DNA of 64,000 nucleotides from an uncultured Thermoprotei archaeon. GTDB taxonomy: Archaea > Thermoproteota > Thermoprotei > Thermofilales > B15-G2. Of the stretch, positions 38,933 to 48,829 are shown one piece after another (position 1 is the stretch's first letter; every line of letters starts with the position of its first letter). Where the stretch lies: the NCBI GenBank assembly GCA_965367815.1, contig CBDUKN010000004.1:64001-128000 (forward strand), given 5' to 3'. The notes below the pieces were generated by a model. The model made no database searches. It was given only the letters and a program-made list of their open reading frames with translations, and was not told the DNA's origin. The position numbers and the translations under genes are program-made.

Positions 38933-41131
38933 TTGATGAAAGCTAGAGGGGAGGTAGTAGCTGGGGAAAAAGGAGAGAACGAGAATAGACTTTATGTAAG
39001 AAGATCGGATGGCGTAATGATACCATTTGATAGAGAATACATAGTTCAGAGCCTCGTTAAGGAAACTAGGCTAGCCAAAATTTTGTTTGGAGTAGAGCCT
39101 ATGAGTAGAGAGGAAGCTGAGTTCATAGCGCAAGAAGTTGAGAAAGAAATTAAGCGCATGAAACTCAAGTTCTTAAGCGGACCGCTTATAAGAGAATTAG
39201 TGTGTGTTAAACTTCTTGAGCACGGTTATCACATTTATCGTAACGTATACACCAGAGTAGGATGTCCTCTTTACGAAGTATATGAAATTGATAGAGGAAC
39301 AGGGTTTGAGGCACGTGAAAATGCAAATCTCCAACTAAACCCAGAGACTTTTCATAAAAAGAAAGCTGACAGAATGTGTAAAGAAGCATACTTATTAATG
39401 ATGCCTCCATATATGGCTGACGCTCACTTGAAGGGAGATATACATATACACGACTTAGAATATTTCTTCACAAGACCTTTCTGCCAGGATCATGATTTGA
39501 GATTCTTCTTCTACTATGGGCTCATGCCCGATGGAACAGGGACACATACAGCCGTGGCTGGCCCTGCTAAACATCCAGAAGTAGCTATTCTTCATGCAGC
39601 CAAAGTTTTAGGCAGTGCGCAGGTAAACTTCTCTGGAGGACAGGGCTTCTTTAATTTCACAGTATTTTTGGCGCCCTATCTTCAAGGCCTCAGCAAGCGT
39701 AGAATAAGGCAGCTGGCTCAAATGTTTCTCTACGAAATGATGCAGGCTTATGTCGCGCGTGGAGGGCAGCCGGTATTCAGTTCTATTCAAATAGAGGCTG
39801 GAGTACCAAAAGTTTGGAGAGAAGCACCAGTAGTTTACGCAGGAAAAATATGGAAAGGACTAACGTATGGTGATCTGGAAGAAGAAGTGAAGACATTTGC
39901 ATTATCGCTATTAGAAGAGTACATTAAGGGGGACTACAAAGGAAAGATGTTTAACTTTCCCAAGCCTGAAGTAGTTCAACGCAGAGATTACTGGACAAAA
40001 AGTGAATATGAAGAAATCATGTATAAGGCGGCCGAGTTAAGCGCTAAGTTCGGGTCTACTTATTATGACAACGTAATACCGCCTTATAGAGGAGGGGAAG
40101 ATGGAGTTTCATGCTACCAGTGTTGTGCTTACTCCTTCTCAGAGGGTCCTGAAAGCGAGGGCTTCTGGGATAAAGTATACTTTGTTGACGGGGCCCATTT
40201 TGCTATGGGTGGATTACAAGTAATTACTATAAATATGCCCAGACTTGCGTATAAGGCTAAAGGTGATGATGATAAGCTTTTTGAAGAGCTGGAGCGAGTA
40301 ATGGAGATCGCGAGAGATGTACTGCTGTATAAGTACGAGGTCATGAAGAGGCAGTACGAAGCAGGGTTAATACCTTTTGCTTCACAAAAACCTAAGGGAA
40401 GCAAGTATCCACTAGTGGATCTAGATGAATTAGTGCTCACGATAGGTGTCGTGGGAGTAAATGAAATGGTTCAGTGTCATACAGGCTATCAGCTCCACGA
40501 GCACAGAGAAGCAGTGCGTTTTGCCTTGAGAACAATAATAGAAATGGAGAGAATAAAAGAGGAATTTGAAAAAGAAACAGGAAGAAAGTTTGCCATAGCC
40601 AGAACTCCTGCTGAAAGCTGTGCTCAAAGACTTGCTGTATGTGATTTAATACACTACAGAGAGTATGCTATTAAATATGCTAAAGGAGATGTGAAAGCAG
40701 CATGCGAGAAGATCAAGTATACTAGAGACCTTCCAGTTTACTACACTAATGGAACGCATGTAAATGTATCTGCGAAAATACCGCTTTGGGCTAGACTCGA
40801 CATAGAGCAGAAATTCTTCCCAATACTCTCCGGAGGAAACATATTCCACATATGGCTTGGCGAGGCAAATCCTGATCCAGAGGCTATATTTAAGCTCAAC
40901 AAAAAGATAGCTCTCAACACTTGGATAGGATACTGGAGCTACACTAAGGACTTAACAGTATGCAGGTCATGTGACTATACCATTGGGGGTCTCTTAGATA
41001 AATGTCCGCGCTGTGGGTCTGTAGCTGTAAGCTGGTACAGTAGGATAACAGGATATTACCAAGAAGTTAGTGGATGGAATGAAGGTAAGAAGCAGGAATT
41101 AAGAGATAGATATCGCATAAGAATTAGCTGA
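38933..41131 (+). CDS. nrdD: Anaerobic (class III) ribonucleoside-triphosphate reductase with ATP cone
   Basis: ATP cone, HIHDL, TPAES, YYTNG, two CxxC, glycyl loop SRITGYY. Confidence 0.96.
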   Translation: MMKARGEVVAGEKGENENRLYVRRSDGVMIPFDREYIVQSLVKETRLAKILFGVEPMSREEAEFIAQEVEKEIKRMKLKFLSGPLIRELVCVKLLEHGYHIYRNVYTRVGCPLYEVYEIDRGTGFEARENANLQLNPETFHKKKADRMCKEAYLLMMPPYMADAHLKGDIHIHDLEYFFTRPFCQDHDLRFFFYYGLMPDGTGTHTAVAGPAKHPEVAILHAAKVLGSAQVNFSGGQGFFNFTVFLAPYLQGLSKRRIRQLAQMFLYEMMQAYVARGGQPVFSSIQIEAGVPKVWREAPVVYAGKIWKGLTYGDLEEEVKTFALSLLEEYIKGDYKGKMFNFPKPEVVQRRDYWTKSEYEEIMYKAAELSAKFGSTYYDNVIPPYRGGEDGVSCYQCCAYSFSEGPESEGFWDKVYFVDGAHFAMGGLQVITINMPRLAYKAKGDDDKLFEELERVMEIARDVLLYKYEVMKRQYEAGLIPFASQKPKGSKYPLVDLDELVLTIGVVGVNEMVQCHTGYQLHEHREAVRFALRTIIEMERIKEEFEKETGRKFAIARTPAESCAQRLAVCDLIHYREYAIKYAKGDVKAACEKIKYTRDLPVYYTNGTHVNVSAKIPLWARLDIEQKFFPILSGGNIFHIWLGEANPDPEAIFKLNKKIALNTWIGYWSYTKDLTVCRSCDYTIGGLLDKCPRCGSVAVSWYSRITGYYQEVSGWNEGKKQELRDRYRIRIS

Positions 41132-41133
41132 GA

Positions 41134-41922
41134 TCATTCAATAATCTTTTGGAGCTTTTCTGCTTTTTCCTTATTGATTTCTTTTAATCGATTAATTTCG
41201 CTTTCTAATATTTTCTTTAGTTTATTTTTCCATTCATCGGGGGCTTCTTTGTATATTCTCTCAGCTTTTTCCAGCTTATCTTTAAGAAGTAGTGTTAAAA
41301 AGTAGTCTTCTAGAGGAATAGTAGTTATTTTGTTCCTTTTCATTATAATAACGTATCCTACTTCATAATCTACTCCCTCTTTAGTTTCCTCTTCTTCTAG
41401 CTCTTTTAGTAAGGAAACATCTAGAACTTTGCTTCCGTATATCTCTGTTGCTTTAGCTATTTTATCTAAAGCAGCCTCTCCCAAACTGCTTATTTCTTTA
41501 ACAGCTTCTTTAGTAAGCGGTAATGGATATCTTCGGGAACCTACTGTAATATATCCTGGAAGTCCTTCAACATTTGCAGTGGGTATTTTTGCATCAAGAA
41601 AAGAATCGCATACGAATATTTCTACTACTTCTTTTTCTCCTGAAGGATAGTGTATCTTAATTGCTTCGCTCCATAGTTTTGCGCTAACTTCACCCAGGAC
41701 AAGTGGGCCTTCGAAGAACGGAGTATTAAATTTAGATGATAAGAATTCAGCTAAGCCTTCACTTGATCCAAGTATTTCATAATAGGTCGCTTCCAACCAA
41801 CCTTTTTTAGTTTTTATTTTTATTGTTTTTCTAGTAACAATATTAATTCCAAGTTTACGAAGTTCTTTAACTACTTTATTTTCGTCAAATTCTTTTTCCC
41901 GAATAAATCCTAGGATACCCAA
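41134..41922 (-). CDS. Hypothetical protein
   Basis: 262-aa ORF with SD GGGGGTG and typical composition. Confidence 0.7.
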   Translation of the reverse strand: MGILGFIREKEFDENKVVKELRKLGINIVTRKTIKIKTKKGWLEATYYEILGSSEGLAEFLSSKFNTPFFEGPLVLGEVSAKLWSEAIKIHYPSGEKEVVEIFVCDSFLDAKIPTANVEGLPGYITVGSRRYPLPLTKEAVKEISSLGEAALDKIAKATEIYGSKVLDVSLLKELEEEETKEGVDYEVGYVIIMKRNKITTIPLEDYFLTLLLKDKLEKAERIYKEAPDEWKNKLKKILESEINRLKEINKEKAEKLQKIIE

Positions 41923-41986
41923 ATTATTGCACCCCCTGGTTTATATTTATATTTCAGCAAGATATTTTTATCTGCTGGTAAAAATC

Positions 41987-42036
41987 GATGATGAACGCGT
42001 TGGAGGGTGATCTGTGAGCTCAGATGGGCGGACTGA
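41987..42036 (+). ncRNA. C/D box guide sRNA
   Basis: C AUGAUGA; guide ACGCGUUGGAGG; D' GUGA; degenerate C' UGUGA; guide GCUCAGAUGGGCGGA; D CUGA. Confidence 0.7.
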
Positions 42037-42136
42037 GGGTCTTAAATACCTGGGTATACTTTCAGATATCTTCCCGAAACTAACTATTTCTCTAAAGAAG
42101 AAAAACATTATATATTTAAAGAAAGCAAAAATACTG

Positions 42137-44680
42137 ATGTTTCATAGTGCTACAAGGGCTTCAGCAGTTTTCCTACTATTAATTGTCTTCCTGAGTTTCC
42201 TACCTGTGTCACTGTATGAAAAGCCTGAAAATACAACTATGAAAGTAAATGTTGAAGTGTATCCGCTCAAGGACGAAGTAGTATATAAAGTGTTGAATGT
42301 ACCTGAGCTGAATTTTGTTTATGTAATTACTAGAGCTGTAGGAAATTACAGGGTTCATGTATTTAATAAAAATGGAGAAGTCAATACATCAAGGCCTTAT
42401 AGGAAGCTCATAGCTTACTCATCAGTCCTCAGGTCTATAATAAGTTTAGCTTATAATAACAGTAAAATATTGTTGCTTAATCCTCTTAATCTTTCAGTAG
42501 ATAAAAGTTTAGAGAAAATATCTCCTCCATCAAGAGCATCAACAGCTATCGATATGGTGTGTAAAGGTGATAAAGTTATAGTACAGTATACAGGGGCCAT
42601 AGAGGACGGTGGAGGCAGACGTGGTACAATGATTCAAGTGTTCTCACTGACTTTAGGCGAAACTCTCTGGTATACTAGGCTGAAAGTAGGTGAATATGTA
42701 GAGATATTTTCATATGAATTTTCTCCTGACGGCGAGTATATTGTGATATATGCAGCAGACACTCTTTGTACAGTTTGTCGTGAATGGAGCAACTTTATAG
42801 AAATTATAAAAGCTTCTACGGGAGAAAAAGTTACTCAGAGAGAAGAGTTTAGACTGGGTAAGAGCTGGTGTAAAGCGCTTTCGGGAGGAGTACTAATAAG
42901 TGTTGAAAACGAGCGAAATTTTAAATTTCGAGGAAAAACTCTTTTTGTTCAATATGATGGAACTATCAAGTGGACTTTTGCTAAAGATGATCCTAAAGAA
43001 AAGTACTATGATGCAGTGGAAGTAGGCAATGTAATTATTATATCAATTATGACGAGTACTGGTGAAGCACTAGAAGCAGTGGATTCACGTAGTGGTAGCA
43101 AGCTTTGGAGAATAGAGGCAGTAAATACTCCGGCCTACAAGCTGGCTGCTTATGGCAATTTGATTTTAGCAGCAAATAGTGGCAAAGTAATGCTGCTGAC
43201 TACTGATGGCAAAGAAATATGGGAATATGAGTTCGGCGATGGTTTCTCGGTAGCTGACTGCTTATGGATTGATGAAAATACATTTATGGTTGCCAAAACG
43301 AGTGTTATCTATCTATTTAAGATAGAGAAGAAAGAGAAGTATACACTGAGTATTAAAGTCGCGTCTAAAAGTGGTGAGGCGATACTAGGGGCCGAGGTCT
43401 TAATATATAATGCTTCAAATTCCATGCTCATTAAAAGAATGCTGCTAGTGTCAAACAGTAGTGCAAATATAGTTTTAGTTAAAGGCGAGTATATAATTCA
43501 AGTAAAGAGAGAAGGGTATGTCGATGTAACCCAAAGAGTAGCGCTTACTAAAAATATAACTCTGCAGATATCATTGACGAAAGCAAGCGGAGTCTATAGC
43601 GGAGTATCTAGTAAACTCAAGGAGGTGAAAATAAGAATAATAGACCTTTATGGTAAACCCTTAGTTAATATGATAGTTAATATATTTAAAAAAGTTAATA
43701 ATAATTACTACAAGTTTTATATGAGTACAAAAACAGATCAAAATGGTTTCATAGTATGGCAGCTTGATGAGAAGGATATCGGAACTTATAGGATAGTAAT
43801 TCCCGAACTTAATTGGAGTAAAGAGATAACAGTTCCTTTTCTTCCTTATTCTAATGAACTCCAAGTAATTTTTTCAGAAAAGTATCCAGTTGTTTTCGAG
43901 GCAGTAGTTCCACAAAGGGTGCGTTTAGAAATATTCAACAAGAATGGAATAAAAGTTTGTTCGCTGACTGTAAATGAGACAGCTGTTGTAGAACTGAAGG
44001 CAGGAATATATACGATTAAAGCCTACGTTCCAGGCTATAGGCAGTTTATCAAGAAAATAAAAGTTCCTGAGGTATCAAAAATACCCATATATCTGGAGAA
44101 AATAATTATTGATAAAAGCAAAAACATAATCGAAATAAATCGCATAATAGCTTTCCTCAAATCACACACAGTTCAACATACAGTGTTTGGAAAAAAGGTG
44201 CTGGCACCAGATTTTAAGATAAGAGACATTGAAGGAAGGCCTTTAAGCCTTAAAACATTTAGAAACGAGATTGTAATACTAGATTTCTTTTACATAGGAT
44301 GTCATGGGTGTGAAGATTTAATACCGTTGCTCAGGAATCTATCAAAGTACGACAACGTGGTAATAATATCAATAGATGTGAGGCCTAGTATTGATACAAG
44401 AGATAAGTTAATGAACTACATGGATAGATTCAATATATCTTGGCATATCGTAGTAGATACACTAAACTTAGCCGACAGATATAGAGTTACTGCGACACCT
44501 ACTGTCTTTGTTATAAAAGATGGCTATATCGTAGCATCTTTTGTAGGATATAAAGAAAATATAATTACTCAGGGACCTGGCTTATCTAAGATAGTGATAA
44601 AAGCGAAAATAACTTACTTAATAGTAGCTATTGCTGTATTACTGCTACTTTACATTATATACGAGGAGACTAGAGAATAA
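42137..44680 (+). CDS. Secreted beta-propeller + Ig-like repeats + TlpA-like thioredoxin, C-terminal TM (paralog of 6675-9152)
   Basis: YAADTLCTVCRE, FFYIGCHGCE, DVRPSIDT.D.L, VTATPT; start moved to ATG 42137 (signal peptide follows, TATA-like upstream). Confidence 0.78.
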   Translation: MFHSATRASAVFLLLIVFLSFLPVSLYEKPENTTMKVNVEVYPLKDEVVYKVLNVPELNFVYVITRAVGNYRVHVFNKNGEVNTSRPYRKLIAYSSVLRSIISLAYNNSKILLLNPLNLSVDKSLEKISPPSRASTAIDMVCKGDKVIVQYTGAIEDGGGRRGTMIQVFSLTLGETLWYTRLKVGEYVEIFSYEFSPDGEYIVIYAADTLCTVCREWSNFIEIIKASTGEKVTQREEFRLGKSWCKALSGGVLISVENERNFKFRGKTLFVQYDGTIKWTFAKDDPKEKYYDAVEVGNVIIISIMTSTGEALEAVDSRSGSKLWRIEAVNTPAYKLAAYGNLILAANSGKVMLLTTDGKEIWEYEFGDGFSVADCLWIDENTFMVAKTSVIYLFKIEKKEKYTLSIKVASKSGEAILGAEVLIYNASNSMLIKRMLLVSNSSANIVLVKGEYIIQVKREGYVDVTQRVALTKNITLQISLTKASGVYSGVSSKLKEVKIRIIDLYGKPLVNMIVNIFKKVNNNYYKFYMSTKTDQNGFIVWQLDEKDIGTYRIVIPELNWSKEITVPFLPYSNELQVIFSEKYPVVFEAVVPQRVRLEIFNKNGIKVCSLTVNETAVVELKAGIYTIKAYVPGYRQFIKKIKVPEVSKIPIYLEKIIIDKSKNIIEINRIIAFLKSHTVQHTVFGKKVLAPDFKIRDIEGRPLSLKTFRNEIVILDFFYIGCHGCEDLIPLLRNLSKYDNVVIISIDVRPSIDTRDKLMNYMDRFNISWHIVVDTLNLADRYRVTATPTVFVIKDGYIVASFVGYKENIITQGPGLSKIVIKAKITYLIVAIAVLLLLYIIYEETRE

Positions 44681-45302
44681 TTTGTGGGATATTGTTTAGA
44701 AAATTTTTTAACTTATATATTGGGACTATAAAAGTATTACCAATTCTTGGAGAACCTGTATCCTTATATACAACTATTACAGGTACTATGGTAATGTTTT
44801 CTTTCCTTAAATATTTTCTTAGCATATAGCTTTTCTCCTCGTGTTTTTGAGCTGCGCTCGATAAATTGCTGTGCCTTGACCACTGTTTGCAGTCTATACT
44901 CAAAACAATATTTCCTTTTATTGCTACGATGTCTATTTCGTATCGCTTATTATTCAATTTGAATCTATAGTTTCTTTTTATCTCGTATGAAAAATTGGAA
45001 ACTATTTGCGAACAAAGATCCTCGAATTCTTTCCACGTGAGGGCTTCAACTAAGTACTCAAGTGGACATCCATGAAGGAGACTTTTCTCTAGAAAGCCTA
45101 GCATATTTTTTATAATAATCTTTTCTTCCTTTAATTCTATTATGTTCAACTTAGCTAGTTCATCTATTAGTTTATTTAAATAACTAGTATCTATTGGCAT
45201 TTCGCTTTTTTCTATAAAATCATTTATGAATATTTTATAGTTTTTTCTTTTTGAAGAATATAGTATAAGCAGGTAAGAGGCTGCTTTAATTCCTCTAGAC
45301 AT
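44670..45302 (-). CDS. PD-(D/E)xK nuclease (Mrr/NERD-like) with N-terminal HTH-like region
   Basis: WKEFE, YEIDIVA...IDCKQW. Confidence 0.8.
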   Translation of the reverse strand: MSRGIKAASYLLILYSSKRKNYKIFINDFIEKSEMPIDTSYLNKLIDELAKLNIIELKEEKIIIKNMLGFLEKSLLHGCPLEYLVEALTWKEFEDLCSQIVSNFSYEIKRNYRFKLNNKRYEIDIVAIKGNIVLSIDCKQWSRHSNLSSAAQKHEEKSYMLRKYLRKENITIVPVIVVYKDTGSPRIGNTFIVPIYKLKNFLNNIPQIIL

Positions 45303-45389
45303 GGCAGTGGCTCTGATGCGCCAGTATAAAGGATTGTATTGCATAGAGTATACGAATAATTTTTAAGTGTATTGCGCTATAACCTTTAC

Positions 45390-46469
45390 GTGAAGATAGT
45401 TAAAGTAGAGTGGACTACATATCAAGTTAAGAATAAAGAGCCGTTTAGGATAGCCTATGGAGTATCTCTAGGAAGCACTAATGTTTTTGTGAAAGTAGTG
45501 TTAGAAGACGGCACAATAGGATATGGAGAGGCTTGTGGATCTCGTAAAGTTACAGGAGAAACTGCACGTACGATAACTTGTTTCATGAAGGATGTGGCTA
45601 ATTTACTGGTAGGCGAAGATATTTATAATCTAACGAAGATTATTGAGAAAGTATGTGGTTTTATGAAAGGAAATACTGCAGCTAAAGCCGCAATAGACCT
45701 TGCTCTACACGATGTTTGGGCCAAAGTGTATGGAGTGCCTCTCTTCAAAGCTCTAGGAGGTAAAGTTAAGAATGTTGAAACAGACTATACTATTGGTATA
45801 AAAGATATAAGTTCTATGTGTAAAGAAGCAAAAGATTTTGTTGAAAAGGGATTCACTAAATTAAAAATAAAAGTAGGTGTTACTCCTCAAGAAGATATAG
45901 AAATAGTCAAGAAAATTAGAGAAGAAGTAGGTTATGATATCGAACTTAGGGTAGACGCAAATCAAGCATGGGATCCTAAAACAGCTGTAAAAGTAATCAA
46001 TGCGATTACACGCTATGAGATAGAGTTTGTAGAACAACCAGTTCCATGGTGGGATTTAAATGGATTAAAATATGTTAAAGATCATGTAGATGTAAAAATT
46101 ATGGCAGACGAATCTGTCTTAACATCCAAAGATGCTTTAAAAGTAGTGAAAATGGAAGCAGTAGATCTAATTAATATAAAGTTAATGAAGTGTGGAGGAC
46201 TAAGAGAAGCTATGAAAATAACTAGTATTGCTGAAGCAGCAGGTGTCAAGTGTATGGTAGGCTGTATGAATGAAACATCACTTTCAATAGCAGCCGCGGC
46301 TCACTTAGCTGCAGCTACACCGAATATAGTGTATTGTGATTTAGATTCACCTCTCATGATAGTAAATGATCCTGCTAAACCTCCACTAAAGTACATTAAA
46401 GGAGTTATAGAGCTCCCTGAAAATAAGGGTATAGGAATTGATGTAGAAAATGTCTTCAAAAAACAGTAA
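45390..46469 (+). CDS. Dipeptide epimerase (L-Ala-D/L-Glu epimerase-like, enolase superfamily)
   Basis: KIKVG, DANQ, EQP, DES, KLMKCGG, DLD. Confidence 0.92.
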   Translation: MKIVKVEWTTYQVKNKEPFRIAYGVSLGSTNVFVKVVLEDGTIGYGEACGSRKVTGETARTITCFMKDVANLLVGEDIYNLTKIIEKVCGFMKGNTAAKAAIDLALHDVWAKVYGVPLFKALGGKVKNVETDYTIGIKDISSMCKEAKDFVEKGFTKLKIKVGVTPQEDIEIVKKIREEVGYDIELRVDANQAWDPKTAVKVINAITRYEIEFVEQPVPWWDLNGLKYVKDHVDVKIMADESVLTSKDALKVVKMEAVDLINIKLMKCGGLREAMKITSIAEAAGVKCMVGCMNETSLSIAAAAHLAAATPNIVYCDLDSPLMIVNDPAKPPLKYIKGVIELPENKGIGIDVENVFKKQ

Positions 46470-47037
46470 AGTAAACAGAATAATTATTACGGGAACACCT
46501 GGAGTTGGAAAAACCTCCGTATCCAAGAAAGTTGCGTCTATTTTAAATGCAAAATATGTCAACTTGGCAGAATTTGTTAAAAGTAATAAATTGTTTTTAG
46601 AGTATGATAATGAATTAAACAGTTACATTATAGATGAGGAAAAGACGCGAAAAACATTAAGGAGGCTACTAAGAGAATATAGTCGTGTAGTAGTAGACAC
46701 ACATATACTCACCGTTTTCGACCCCAATGCAGTAGATTTAGCTATAGTTCTTAGATTGAATCCTAAAATCCTTTTAAAGAGACTAAAGGAGAGAAACTAT
46801 TCCTTAAGCAAAATTAAGGTTAATATACAGGCTGAAATGCTCGGAGTATGTCTTAGCGAAGCTGTAGAAATATTCGGCTTAGATAAAGTAGCCGAAGTAG
46901 ATACTACAGCGAGAAACTTGGAAGAAGTAGTGCGAGAAGTTCTTAATGCTATTGATCATCCAAATAAATATAGGCCAGGAAAGGTAGACTGGTCCCAGTT
47001 AATATACGATGATGAATTAATGAAGTATCTAGTTTAA
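46450..47037 (+). CDS. Adenylate kinase AK6/Fap7-like
   Basis: ITGTPGVGKT, VVDTH, RL..R.Y...KI..N..AE. Confidence 0.9.
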   Translation: MSSKNSKVNRIIITGTPGVGKTSVSKKVASILNAKYVNLAEFVKSNKLFLEYDNELNSYIIDEEKTRKTLRRLLREYSRVVVDTHILTVFDPNAVDLAIVLRLNPKILLKRLKERNYSLSKIKVNIQAEMLGVCLSEAVEIFGLDKVAEVDTTARNLEEVVREVLNAIDHPNKYRPGKVDWSQLIYDDELMKYLV

Positions 47038-47435
47038 CGTTCTTCAGGCTTAGGCATAATAAATGCAACTAGTCTTCTTTGAGCTAACATATTTAGATAT
47101 GTTATTAGCGAGACTTCTGCTTCGCGGGGCCTTAGCTTGTACTTCTTGCAAAGCTCGTTAATTATGTCCTCGATTGTATGCTTTCCATCGCACAGTTCCC
47201 ATACAAAGCTTCCAACTTTGTCTAAGACTATTTTTCTTTCTCTAGATGTCTTAAAGAATTTACTGAGCCATGTTTCTTTCATTTTAATTATTAATGCTAT
47301 TTCTCCACTCTCATATTTTTTCCACTCTACAAGAGGATTTCGTATAGGTTTACTTTTTAATATTACTTCTTTGCTTGGTTGCAAAGGTTTTTTCTCTTCT
47401 TTTTCTTTTTTCTTAAAGAAAGGTAGTTTAACCAT
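47034..47435 (-). CDS. PqqD family (RiPP recognition element-like) protein
   Basis: LDKVGSFVWELCDGKHTIEDI...L. Confidence 0.85.
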   Translation of the reverse strand: MVKLPFFKKKEKEEKKPLQPSKEVILKSKPIRNPLVEWKKYESGEIALIIKMKETWLSKFFKTSRERKIVLDKVGSFVWELCDGKHTIEDIINELCKKYKLRPREAEVSLITYLNMLAQRRLVAFIMPKPEER

Positions 47436-47447
47436 TATCTCTCATCA

Positions 47448-47741
47448 CTAATAGTCATTGGCAGATTTATAGTTATCTATTTGGTAACTCTTAAGACAGT
47501 TCTTGCATATGTAAATATGCTCGTCTACTTCTTCACAGCAATATTCACATACTTGTTTTTCACATTTTTCACATAGAGCGATCGCTAAGTTAGTCTTACA
47601 TATGCTACATAAAGTGGAGCTGCATATTTTACATAAATTCTTTTTTCTATCAAAATCTTCTTCACAGACTAATCTGCCGCACTTAATGCACCTTAGAGTT
47701 CCCTGTTTCTCTAAACATATTTCACAGACGCTCATATACAA
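47448..47741 (-). CDS. Multi-CxxC zinc-finger protein
   Basis: Two tandem CxxC-CxxC-CxxC/D-CxxC modules. Confidence 0.8.
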   Translation of the reverse strand: MYMSVCEICLEKQGTLRCIKCGRLVCEEDFDRKKNLCKICSSTLCSICKTNLAIALCEKCEKQVCEYCCEEVDEHIYICKNCLKSYQIDNYKSANDY

Positions 47742-47796
47742 GTCTAGAAAAATGAGGAGAAGTAATATTTAAATTCGCTGTTTACTTTTCTTAAGC

Positions 47797-48780
47797 ATGA
47801 TTAAAACAACATATGTAGGAAGTTTTCCTTTAGACTACTCCGAAGAAAACATTGTTAGAATACTAAAGGATATTGAGCAAATACCTATAGACTATCCATG
47901 TTACCCGCAGCTGGTTGATTTTATTAAACAGTTCTTAGAACCTCTTGCCTCAGAAAATATAGGTATAGAGTACAAAGAAGACAAGTTCTTTATGGCAGGT
48001 GAACTAAAAACCTTAGATAAACCAATTGCCACAAAAGCTTTAGAAATTACAGTAAACTACTTTAAAGGCAAAGCAGCTGTAGAAGGAGTTAGAGCATGTG
48101 TTACAGGTCCTTTCACCTTAGCTTCGCAGATAATAGTGCCGGGCAAGAAGCGTGGATTAGGTTTTGAGAATACTGTATTAACTAAGCCAGAAACTGTAGG
48201 AAAATTGGCAGAAATAGTAGCCAACATATGCAAATATTATGCAGAGCTAGGCGCGGCGTGGATTAATATAGATGAACCAGTGTTGTCTGTAATAGTTGGA
48301 AGAAGAAAAATATTATATGGATATACTGAAGATCAAATAGTAGAAATTCTCAATAAAGTAATAAGTAAAGTACAGAATAAAATTACAGGGATTCATGTCT
48401 GTGGAGCAATATCGCCACTTCTAAGAGATATACTCTTGAAAACAGAGTTTAAAATACTAGATCATGAGTTTAAAGGAACTCCCTCAAATATAGATATATT
48501 CGAAAGAAGAGTTATAGAAAAATACGATAAGAAGTTGTCTTTCGGATGCGTGTCGTCTAAGGATATTAATATAGAAAAAATAGATGAAGTATTAAATCTA
48601 CTCGAAAAAGCCTTCGAGAAAATAGGCTTAGAAAACATAGAGTTTATAAAGCCCGACTGTGGGTTCAGAGGCCTTAGGACAGCTTGCGCGTCACCCGAAG
48701 AAGCCTATAAAATAGCTCTAGAGAAATTAAGAGTACTTAAGAAAGTAAGAGATCTTGCAAATAATAAGTATAGAGAATAG
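47797..48780 (+). CDS. Core (single-barrel) MetE-like methionine synthase
   Basis: VGSFP, TGPFTLA, IDEP, GIHVCG, PDCG. Confidence 0.85.
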   Translation: MIKTTYVGSFPLDYSEENIVRILKDIEQIPIDYPCYPQLVDFIKQFLEPLASENIGIEYKEDKFFMAGELKTLDKPIATKALEITVNYFKGKAAVEGVRACVTGPFTLASQIIVPGKKRGLGFENTVLTKPETVGKLAEIVANICKYYAELGAAWINIDEPVLSVIVGRRKILYGYTEDQIVEILNKVISKVQNKITGIHVCGAISPLLRDILLKTEFKILDHEFKGTPSNIDIFERRVIEKYDKKLSFGCVSSKDINIEKIDEVLNLLEKAFEKIGLENIEFIKPDCGFRGLRTACASPEEAYKIALEKLRVLKKVRDLANNKYRE

Positions 48781-48828
48781 TCAGCTGGAATGCTCTTCAT
48801 CATTTTCAGCGAAGGACGCGCTCATCAT
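48781..48828 (-). ncRNA. C/D box guide sRNA (canonical boxes)
   Basis: AUGAUGA-GCGCGUCCUUCG-CUGA-AA-AUGAUGA-AGAGCAUUCCAG-CUGA. Confidence 0.92.
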
Positions 48829-48829
48829 A

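Noticed and set aside
12058-41131. Inteins in RadA, Lhr or NrdD
   Set aside because: Lengths are normal and no intein splice or LAGLIDADG motifs were seen.
42014-42136. 41-aa N-terminal extension in the ORF track
   Set aside because: It overlaps a C/D sRNA and a TATA-like element; the signal peptide follows ATG 42137.
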